A stretch of DNA of 64,000 bases from Auanema rhodensis (lineage: Eukaryota > Animalia > Nematoda): assembly GCA_964057225.1 (NCBI GenBank), contig OZ059900.1, forward strand, positions 16,740,001 to 16,804,000. Reading direction: 5' to 3'. This document shows, one piece after another, positions 53,200 to 64,000 of the stretch. The notes under the pieces are model-generated. The model was not told the DNA's origin and ran no database searches. It worked only from the letters and a program-made list of their open reading frames with translations. Numbering within the stretch: position 1 is the stretch's first letter; the number at the start of each line of letters is the position of its first letter. A program made the position numbers and the translations under genes.

Positions 53200-56100
53200 G
53201 CCATAAGGGGCGTGCCCTCAGAATATGCTAATTTCCTTAATTTTCTAACCCTTGTTTTTTTGTCGTGAAAGTGGAACTAGACGTTGTACGAACAATTTTG
53301 AGCTAGGTTTCATTGACATTGCATGAGTTTGAACACATGAAATCGTAAGTCAAAACCTTGTTTACAGCGAAATTTCGAAAAACTGGTTTTCCAGCATAAT
53401 AAAATATTTCTCATGGGAAATACTGTGTTTTTGTATTCTTCTAGTGTTCAGCATGTGAAATGCTTCATTTTAGTGTGTAACACGCTGAAATTCGTTGCAT
53501 TTGACGACTCATATGAACAAAAATCGATTTAATCAATATTAGCCATAAGGGGCGTGCCCTCAGAATATGCTAATTTCCTTAATTTTCTAACCCCTGTTTT
53601 TTTGTCGTGAAAGTGGAACTAGACGTTGTACGAACAATTTTGAGCTAGGTTTCATTGACATTGCATGAGTTTGAACACATGAAATCGTAAGTCAAAACCT
53701 TGTTTACAGCGAAATTTCCAAAAACTGGTTTTCCAGCATGATAAAATATTTCTCATGGGAAATACTGTGTTTTTGTATTTTTCTAGTGTTCAGCATGTAA
53801 AATGCTTCATTTTAGTATGTAACACGCTGAAATTCGTTGCATTTGACGACTCATATGAACAAAAATCGATTTAATCAATATTAGCCATAAGGGGCGTGCC
53901 CTCAGAATATGCTAATTTCCTTAATTTTCTAACCCCTGTTTTTTTGTCGTGAAAGTGGAACTAGACGTTGTACGAACAATTTTGAGCTAGGTTTCATTGA
54001 CATTGCATGAGTTTGAACCCATGAAATCGTAAGTCAAAACCTTGTTTACAGCGAAATTTCCAAAAACTGGTTTTCCAGCATAATAAAATATTTCTCATGG
54101 GAAATACTGTGTTTTTGTATTTTTCTAGTGTTCAGCATGTAAAATGCTTCATTTTAGTTTGTAACACGCTGAAATTCGTTGCATTTGACGACTCATATGA
54201 ACAAAAATCGATTTAATCAATATTAGCCATAAGGGGCGTGCCCTCAGAATATGCTAATTTCCTTAATTTTCTAACCCCTGTTTTTTTGTCGTGAAAGTGG
54301 AACTAGACGTTGTACGAACAATTTTGAGCTAGGTTTCATTGACATTGCATGAGTTTGAACACATGAAATCGTAAGTCAAAACCTTGTTTACAGCGAAATT
54401 TCGAAAAACTGGTTTTCCAGCATAATAAAATATTTCTCATGGGAAATACTGTGTTTTTGTATTCTTCTAGTGTTCAGCATGTGAAATGCTTCATTTTAGT
54501 GTGTAACTCGCTGAAATTCGTTGCATTTGACGACTCATATGAAAAAAAATCGATTTAATCAATATTAGCCATAAGGGGCGTGCCCTCAGAATATGCTAAT
54601 TTCCTTAATTTTCTAACCCCTGTTTTTTTGTCGTGAAAGTGGAACTAGACGTTGTACGAACAATTTTGAGCTAGGTTTCATTGACATTGCATGAGTTTGA
54701 ACACATGAAATCGTAAGTCAAAACCTTGTTTACAGCGAAATTTCCAAAAACTGGTTTTCCAGCATAATAAAATATTTCTCATGGGAAATACTGTGTTTTT
54801 GTATTTTTCTAGTGTTCAGCATGTAAAATGCTTCATGTTAGTATGTAACACGCTGAAATTCGTTGCATTTGACGACTCATATGAACAAAAATCGATTTAA
54901 TCAATATTAGCCATAAGGGGCGTGCCCTCAGAATATGCTAATTTCCTTAATTTTCTAACCCTTGTTCTTTTGTCGTGAAAGTGGAACTAGACGTTGTACA
55001 AACAATTTTGAGCTAGGTTTCATTGACATTGCATGAGTTTGAACACATGAAATCGTAAGTCAAAACCTTGTTTACAGCGAAATTTCCAAAAACTGGTTTT
55101 CCAGCATGATAAAATATTTCTCATGGGAAATACTGTGTTTTTGTATTTTTCTAGTGTTCAGCATGTAAAATGCTTCATTTTAGTATGTAACACGCTGAAA
55201 TTCGTTGCATTTGACGACTCATATGAACAAAAATCGATTTAATCAATATTAGCCATAAGGGGCGTGCCCTCAGAATATGCTAATTTCCTTAATTTTCTAA
55301 CCCCTGTTTTTTTGTCGTGAAAGTGGAACTAGACGTTGTACGAACAATTTTGAGCTAGGTTTCATTGACATTGCATGAGTTTGAACACATGAAATCGTAA
55401 GTCAAAACCTTGTTTACAGCGAAATTTCCACAAACTGGTTTTCCAGCATAATAAAATATTTCTCATGGGAAATACTGTGTTTTTGTATTCTTCTAGTGTT
55501 CAGCATGTAAAATGCTTCATTTTAGTATGTAACACGCTGAAATTCGTTGCATTTGACGACTCATATGAACAAAAATCGATTTTATCAATATTAGCCATAA
55601 GGGGCGTGCCCTCAGAATATGCTAATTTCCTTAATTTTCTAACCCCTGTTTTTTTGTCGTGAAAGTGGAACTAGACGTTGTACGAACAATTTTGAGCTAG
55701 GTTTCATTGACATTGCATGAGTTTGAACACATGAAATCGTAAGTCAAAACCTTGTTTACAGCGAAATTTCCAAAAACTGGTTTTCCAGCATAATAAAATA
55801 TTTCTCATGGGAAATACTGTGTTTTTGTATTTTTCTAGTGTTCAGCATGTAAAATGCTTCATTTTAGTATGTAACACGCTGAAATTCGTTGCATTTTACG
55901 ACTCATATGAACAAAAATCGATTTAATCAATATTAGCCATAAGGGGCGTGCCCTCAGAATATGCTAATTTCCTTAATTTTCTAACCCTTGTTTTTTTGTC
56001 GTGAAAGTGGAACTAGACGTTGTACGAACAATTTTGAGCTAGGTTTCATTGACATTGCATGAGTTTGAACACATGAAATCGTAAGTCAAAACCTTGTTTA

Positions 56101-59100
56101 CAGCGAAATTTCGAAAAACTGGTTTTCCAGCATAATAAAATATTTCTCATGGGAAATACTGTGTTTTTGTATTCTTCTAGTGTTCAGCATGTGAAATGCT
56201 TCATTTTAGTGTGTAACACGCTGAAATTCGTTGCATTTGACGACTCATATGAACAAAAATCGATTTAATCAATATTAGCCATAAGGGGCGTGCCCTCAGA
56301 ATATGCTAATTTCCTTAATTTTCTAACCCCTGTTTTTTTGTCGTGAAAGTGGAACTAGACGTTGTACGAACAATTTTGAGCTAGGTTTCATTGACATTGC
56401 ATGAGTTTGAACACATGAAATCGTAAGTCAAAACCTTGTTTACAGCGAAATTTCCAAAAACTGGTTTTCCAGCATAATAAAATATTTCTCATGGGAAATA
56501 CTGTGTTTTTGTATTTTTCTAGTGTTCAGCATGTAAAATGCTTCATTTTAGTATGTAACACGCTGAAATTCGTTGCATTTGACGACTCATATAAACAAAA
56601 ATCGATTTAATCAATATTAGCCATAAGGGGCGTGCCCTCAGAATATGCTAATTTCCTTAATTTTCTAACCCTTGTTTTTTTGTCGTGAAAGTGGAACTAG
56701 ACGTTGTACAAACAATTTTGAGCTAGGTTTCATTGACATTGCATGAGTTTGAACACATGAAATCGTAAGTCAAAACCTTGTTTACAGCGAAATTTCCAAA
56801 AACTGGTTTTCCAGCATGATAAAATATTTCTCATGGGAAATACTGTGTTTTTGTATTTTTCTAGTGTTCAGCATGTAAAATGCTTCATTTTAGTATGTAA
56901 CACGCTGAAATTCGTTGCATTTGACGACTCATATGAACAAAAATCGATTTAATCAATATTAGCCATAAGGGGCGTGCCCTCAGAATATGCTAATTTCCTT
57001 AATTTTCTAACCCCTGTTTTTTTGTCGTGAAAGTGGAACTAGACGTTGTACGAACAATTTTGAGCTAGGTTTCATTGACATTGCATGAGTTTGAACACAT
57101 GAAATCGTAAGTCAAAACCTTGTTTACAGCGAAATTTCCACAAACTGGTTTTCCAGCATAATAAAATATTTCTCATGGGAAATACTGTGTTTTTGTATTC
57201 TTCTAGTGTTCAGCATGTAAAATGCTTCATTTTAGTATGTAACACGCTGAAATTCGTTGCATTTGACGACTCATATGAACAAAAATCGATTTAATCAATA
57301 TTAGCCATAAGGGGCGTACCCCCAGAATATGCTAATTTCCTTAATTTTCTAACCCCTGTTTTTTTGTCGTGAAAGTGGAACTAGACGTTGTACGAACAAT
57401 TTTGAGCTAGGTTTCATTGACATTGCATGAGTTTGAACACATGAAATCGTAAGTCAAAACCTTGTTTACAGCGAAATTTCCAAAAACTGGTTTTCCAGCA
57501 TAATAAAATATTTCTCATGGGAAATACTGTGTTTTTGTATTTTTCTAGTGTTCAGCATGTAAAATGCTTCATTTTAGTATGTAACACGCTGAAATTCGTT
57601 GCATTTGACGACTCATATGAACAAAAATCGATTTAATCAATATTAGCCATAAGGGGCGTGCCCTCAGAATATGCTAATTTCCTTAATTTTCTAACCCTTG
57701 TTTTTTTGTTGTGAAAGTGGAACTAGACGTTGTACGAACAATTTTGAGCTAGGTTTCATTGACATTGCATGAGTTTGAACACATGAAATCGTAAGTCAAA
57801 ACCTTGTTTACAGCGAAATTTCGAAAAACTGGTTTTCCAGCATAATAAAATATTTCTCATGGGAAATACTGTGTTTTTGTATTCTTCTAGTGTTCAGCAT
57901 GTGAAATGCTTCATTTTAGTGTGTAACACGCTGAAATTCGTTGCATTTGACGACTCATATGAACAAAAATCGATTTAATCAATATTAGCCATAAGGGGCG
58001 TGCCCTCAGAATATGCTAATTTCCTTAATTTTCTAACCCCTGTTTTTTTGTCGTGAAAGTGGAACTAGACGTTGTACGAACAATTTTGAGCTAGGTTTCA
58101 TTGACATTGCATGAGTTTGAACACATGAAATCGTAAGTCAAAACCTTGTTTACAGCGAAATTTCCAAAAACTGGTTTTCCAGCATAATAAAATATTTCTC
58201 ATGGGAAATACTGTGTTTTTGTATTCTTCTAGTGTTCAGCATGTGAAATGCTTCATTTTAGTGTGTAACACGCTGAAATTCGTTGCATTTGACGACTCAT
58301 ATGAACAAAAATCGATTTAATCAATATTAGCCATAAGGGGCGTGCCCTCAGAATATGCTAATTTCCTTAATTTTCTAACCCCTGTTTTTTTGTCGTGAAA
58401 GTGGAACTAGACGTTGTACGAACAATTTTGACCTAGGTTTCATTGACATTGCATGAGTTTGAACACATGAAATCGTAAGTCAAAACCTTGTTTACAGCGA
58501 AATTTCCAAAAACTGGTTTTCCAGCATAATAAAATATTTCTCATGGGAAATACTGTGTTTTTGTATTTTTCTAGTGTTCAGCATGTAAAATGCTTCATTT
58601 TAGTATGTAACACGCTGAAATTCGTTGCATTTGACGACTCATATGAACAAAAATCGATTTAATCAATATTAGCCATAAGGGGCGTACCCCCAGAATATGC
58701 TAATTTCCTTAATTTTCTAACCCCTGTTTTTTTGTCGTGAAAGTGGAACTAGACGTTGTACGAACAATTTTGAGCTAGGTTTCATTGACATTGCATGAGT
58801 TTGAACACATGAAATCGTAAGTCAAAACCTTGTTTACAGCGAAATTTCCAAAAACTGGTTTTCCAGCATAATAAAATATTTCTCATGGGAAATACTGTGT
58901 TTTTGTATTTTTCTAGTGTTCAGCATGTAAAATGCTTCATTTTAGTATGTAACACGCTGAAATTCGTTGCATTTGACGACTCATATGAACAAAAATCGAT
59001 TTAATCAATATTAGCCATAAGGGGCGTGCCCTCAGAATATGCTAATTTCCTTAATTTTCTAACCCTTGTTTTTTTGTTGTGAAAGTGGAACTAGACGTTG

Positions 59101-62100
59101 TACGAACAATTTTGAGCTAGGTTTCATTGACATTGCATGAGTTTGAACACATGAAATCGTAAGTCAAAACCTTGTTTACAGCGAAATTTCGAAAAACTGG
59201 TTTTCCAGCATAATAAAATATTTCTCATGGGAAATACTGTGTTTTTGTATTCTTCTAGTGTTCAGCATGTGAAATGCTTCATTTTAGTGTGTAACACGCT
59301 GAAATTCGTTGCATTTGACGACTCATATGAACAAAAATCGATTTAATCAATATTAGCCATAAGGGGCGTGCCCTCAGAATATGCTAATTTCCTTAATTTT
59401 CTAACCCCTGTTTTTTTGTCGTGAAAGTGGAACTAGACGTTGTACGAACAATTTTGAGCTAGGTTTCATTGACATTGCATGAGTTTGAACACATGAAATC
59501 GTAAGTCAAAACCTTGTTTACAGCGAAATTTCCAAAAACTGGTTTTCCAGCATGATAAAATATTTCTCATGGGAAATACTGTGTTTTTGTATTTTTCTAG
59601 TGTTCAGCATGTAAAATGCTTCATTTTAGTATGTAACACGCTGAAATTCGTTGCATTTGACGACTCATATGAACAAAAATCGATTTAATCAATATTAGCC
59701 ATAAGGGGCGTGCCCTCAGAATATGCTAATTTCCTTAATTTTCTAACCCCTGTTTTTTTGTCGTGAAAGTGGAACTAGACGTTGTACGAACAATTTTGAG
59801 CTAGGTTTCATTGACATTGCATGAGTTTGAACCCATGAAATCGTAAGTCAAAACCTTGTTTACAGCGAAATTTCCAAAAACTGGTTTTCCAGCATAATAA
59901 AATATTTCTCATGGGAAATACTGTGTTTTTGTATTTTTCTAGTGTTCAGCATGTAAAATGCTTCATTTTAGTTTGTAACACGCTGAAATTCGTTGCATTT
60001 GACGACTCATATGAACAAAAATCGATTTAATCAATATTAGCCATAAGGGGCGTGCCCTCAGAATATGCTAATTTCCTTAATTTTCTAACCCCTGTTTTTT
60101 TGTCGTGAAAGTGGAACTAGACGTTGTACGAACAATTTTGAGCTAGGTTTCATTGACATTGCATGAGTTTGAACACATGAAATCGTAAGTCAAAACCTTG
60201 TTTACAGCGAAATTTCGAAAAACTGGTTTTCCAGCATAATAAAATATTTCTCATGGGAAATACTGTGTTTTTGTATTCTTCTAGTGTTCAGCATGTGAAA
60301 TGCTTCATTTTAGTGTGTAACTCGCTGAAATTCGTTGCATTTGACGACTCATATGAAAAAAAATCGATTTAATCAATATTAGCCATAAGGGGCGTGCCCT
60401 CAGAATATGCTAATTTCCTTAATTTTCTAACCCCTGTTTTTTTGTCGTGAAAGTGGAACTAGACGTTGTACGAACAATTTTGAGCTAGGTTTCATTGACA
60501 TTGCATGAGTTTGAACACATGAAATCGTAAGTCAAAACCTTGTTTACAGCGAAATTTCCAAAAACTGGTTTTCCAGCATAATAAAATATTTCTCATGGGA
60601 AATACTGTGTTTTTGTATTTTTCTAGTGTTCAGCATGTAAAATGCTTCATTTTAGTATGTAACACGCTGAAATTCGTTGCATTTTACGACTCATATGAAC
60701 AAAAATCGATTTAATCAATATTAGCCATAAGGGGCGTGCCCTCAGAATATGCTAATTTCCTTAATTTTCTAACCCTTGTTTTTTTGTCGTGAAAGTGGAA
60801 CTAGACGTTGTACGAACAATTTTGAGCTAGGTTTCATTGACATTGCATGAGTTTGAACACATGAAATCGTAAGTCAAAACCTTGTTTACAGCGAAATTTC
60901 GAAAAACTGGTTTTCCAGCATAATAAAATATTTCTCATGGGAAATACTGTGTTTTTGTATTCTTCTAGTGTTCAGCATGTGAAATGCTTCATTTTAGTGT
61001 GTAACACGCTGAAATTCGTTGCATTTGACGACTCATATGAACAAAAATCGATTTAATCAATATTAGCCATAAGGGGCGTGCCCTCAGAATATGCTAATTT
61101 CCTTAATTTTCTAACCCCTGTTTTTTTGTCGTGAAAGTGGAACTAGACGTTGTACGAACAATTTTGAGCTAGGTTTCATTGACATTGCATGAGTTTGAAC
61201 ACATGAAATCGTAAGTCAAAACCTTGTTTACAGCGAAATTTCCAAAAACTGGTTTTCCAGCATAATAAAATATTTCTCATGGGAAATACTGTGTTTTTGT
61301 ATTTTTCTAGTGTTCAGCATGTAAAATGCTTCATTTTAGTATGTAACACGCTGAAATTCGTTGCATTTGACGACTCATATAAACAAAAATCGATTTAATC
61401 AATATTAGCCATAAGGGGCGTGCCCTCAGAATATGCTAATTTCCTTAATTTTCTAACCCTTGTTTTTTTGTCGTGAAAGTGGAACTAGACGTTGTACAAA
61501 CAATTTTGAGCTAGGTTTCATTGACATTGCATGAGTTTGAACACATGAAATCGTAAGTCAAAACCTTGTTTACAGCGAAATTTCCAAAAACTGGTTTTCC
61601 AGCATGATAAAATATTTCTCATGGGAAATACTGTGTTTTTGTATTTTTCTAGTGTTCAGCATGTAAAATGCTTCATTTTAGTATGTAACACGCTGAAATT
61701 CGTTGCATTTGACGACTCATATGAACAAAAATCGATTTAATCAATATTAGCCATAAGGGGCGTGCCCTCAGAATATGCTAATTTCCTTAATTTTCTAACC
61801 CCTGTTTTTTTGTCGTGAAAGTGGAACTAGACGTTGTACGAACAATTTTGAGCTAGGTTTCATTGACATTGCATGAGTTTGAACACATGAAATCGTAAGT
61901 CAAAACCTTGTTTACAGCGAAATTTCCACAAACTGGTTTTCCAGCATAATAAAATATTTCTCATGGGAAATACTGTGTTTTTGTATTCTTCTAGTGTTCA
62001 GCATGTGAAATGCTTCATTTTAGTATGTAACACGCTGAAATTCGTTGCATTTGACGACTCATATGAACAAAAATCGATTTAATCAATATTAGCCATAAGG

Positions 62101-64000
62101 GGCGTACCCCCAGAATATGCTAATTTCCTTAATTTTCTAACCCCTGTTTTTTTGTCGTGAAAGTGGAACTAGACGTTGTACGAACAATTTTGAGCTAGGT
62201 TTCATTGACATTGCATGAGTTTGAACACATGAAATCGTAAGTCAAAACCTTGTTTACAGCGAAATTTCCAAAAACTGGTTTTCCAGCATAATAAAATATT
62301 TCTCATGGGAAATACTGTGTTTTTGTATTTTTCTAGTGTTCAGCATGTAAAATGCTTCATTTTAGTATGTAACACGCTGAAATTCGTTGCATTTGACGAC
62401 TCATATGAACAAAAATCGATTTAATCAATATTAGCCATAAGGGGCGTGCCCTCAGAATATGCTAATTTCCTTAATTTTCTAACCCTTGTTTTTTTGTTGT
62501 GAAAGTGGAACTAGACGTTGTACGAACAATTTTGAGCTAGGTTTCATTGACATTGCATGAGTTTGAACACATGAAATCGTAAGTCAAAACCTTGTTTACA
62601 GCGAAATTTCGAAAAACTGGTTTTCCAGCATAATAAAATATTTCTCATGGGAAATACTGTGTTTTTGTATTCTTCTAGTGTTCAGCATGTGAAATGCTTC
62701 ATTTTAGTGTGTAACACGCTGAAATTCGTTGCATTTGACGACTCATATGAACAAAAATCGATTTAATCAATATTAGCCATAAGGGGCGTGCCCTCAGAAT
62801 ATGCTAATTTCCTTAATTTTCTAACCCCTGTTTTTTTGTCGTGAAAGTGGAACTAGACGTTGTACGAACAATTTTGAGCTAGGTTTCATTGACATTGCAT
62901 GAGTTTGAACACATGAAATCGTAAGTCAAAACCTTGTTTACAGCGAAATTTCCAAAAACTGGTTTTCCAGCATAATAAAATATTTCTCATGGGAAATACT
63001 GTGTTTTTGTATTCTTCTAGTGTTCAGCATGTGAAATGCTTCATTTTAGTGTGTAACACGCTGAAATTCGTTGCATTTGACGACTCATATGAACAAAAAT
63101 CGATTTAATCAATATTAGCCATAAGGGGCGTGCCCTCAGAATATGCTAATTTCCTTAATTTTCTAACCCCTGTTTTTTTGTCGTGAAAGTGGAACTAGAC
63201 GTTGTACGAACAATTTTGACCTAGGTTTCATTGACATTGCATGAGTTTGAACACATGAAATCGTAAGTCAAAACCTTATTTACAGCGAAATTTCCAAAAA
63301 CTGGTTTTCCAGCATAATAAAATATTTCTCATGGGAAATACTGTGTTTTTGTATTTTTCTAGTGTTCAGCATGTAAAATGCTTCATTTTAGTATGTAACA
63401 CGCTGAAATTCGTTGCATTTGACGACTCATATGAACAAAAATCGATTTAATCAATATTAGCCATAAGGGGCGTACCCCCAGAATATGCTAATTTCCTTAA
63501 TTTTCTAACCCCTGTTTTTTTGTCGTGAAAGTGGAACTAGACGTTGTACGAACAATTTTGAGCTAGGTTTCATTGACATTGCATGAGTTTGAACACATGA
63601 AATCGTAAGTCAAAACCTTGTTTACAGCGAAATTTCCAAAAACTGGTTTTCCAGCATAATAAAATATTTCTCATGGGAAATACTGTGTTTTTGTATTTTT
63701 CTAGTGTTCAGCATGTAAAATGCTTCATTTTAGTATGTAACACGCTGAAATTCGTTGCATTTGACGACTCATATGAACAAAAATCGATTTAATCAATATT
63801 AGCCATAAGGGGCGTGCCCTCAGAATATGCTAATTTCCTTAATTTTCTAACCCTTGTTTTTTTGTTGTGAAAGTGGAACTAGACGTTGTACGAACAATTT
63901 TGAGCTAGGTTTCATTGACATTGCATGAGTTTGAACACATGAAATCGTAAGTCAAAACCTTGTTTACAGCGAAATTTCGAAAAACTGGTTTTCCAGCATA
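53200..64000 (-). repeat. Nested 17/14-monomer duplication with an internal 4-monomer duplication
   Basis: Offset 5814 (17x342): 54019/59833, 54508/60322, 54544/60358. Offset 4788 (14x342): 55897/60685, 56593/61381, 57318/62106, 58432/63220, 58686/63474. Offset 1368 (4x342): 57318/58686, 62106/63474. Confidence 0.88.

Larger units (their letters stand above)
18596..64000 (-). repeat. Same 342-bp satellite, reverse-complement orientation (~132.8 monomers)
   Basis: catgaaatcgtaagtcaaaa, the reverse complement of the left monomer start, recurs every 342 bp to the end of the window. No non-satellite insertion was seen. Confidence 0.99.

Noticed and set aside
55465-55662. 65-aa ORF MGNTVFLYSS...
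   Set aside because: It lies within a satellite monomer. A private A>T at 55583 turns the TAA that normally ends a 39-codon frame into TTA. The rest of that frame has several stops and the peptide resembles nothing I recognise.
1-64000. CRISPR array or coding tandem repeat (342 is divisible by 3)
   Set aside because: There are no unique spacers and no cas genes, and the ORF track shows no frame staying open across monomers.

Overview
The whole window is one AT-rich (~34% GC by hand count of the first monomer), highly homogeneous 342-bp tandem satellite of about 186 monomers, typical of eukaryotic centromeric or pericentromeric heterochromatin. I find no credible genes, RNA genes, transposons or CRISPR arrays. 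The array runs in one orientation from 1 to 18395 (~54 monomers), is interrupted by a 200-N gap (18396-18595), and continues in the opposite orientation from 18596 to 64000 (~133 monomers). The main observation is that the two sides are mirror copies, not just opposite orientations: rare SNPs and indels at left position x recur at 35913-x. So 1-17317 and 18596-35912 form an inverted duplication with arms of at least 17.3 kb, and I spotted only one mismatch. This is either a real giant satellite palindrome with an unassembled apex or a false (haplotypic) duplication joined by scaffolding; sequence alone cannot decide. Rare variants also reveal local higher-order repeats of 2, 4, 5, 8, 14 and 17 monomers and long-range block copies. 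The three supplied ORFs are artefacts. All comparisons were made by eye.
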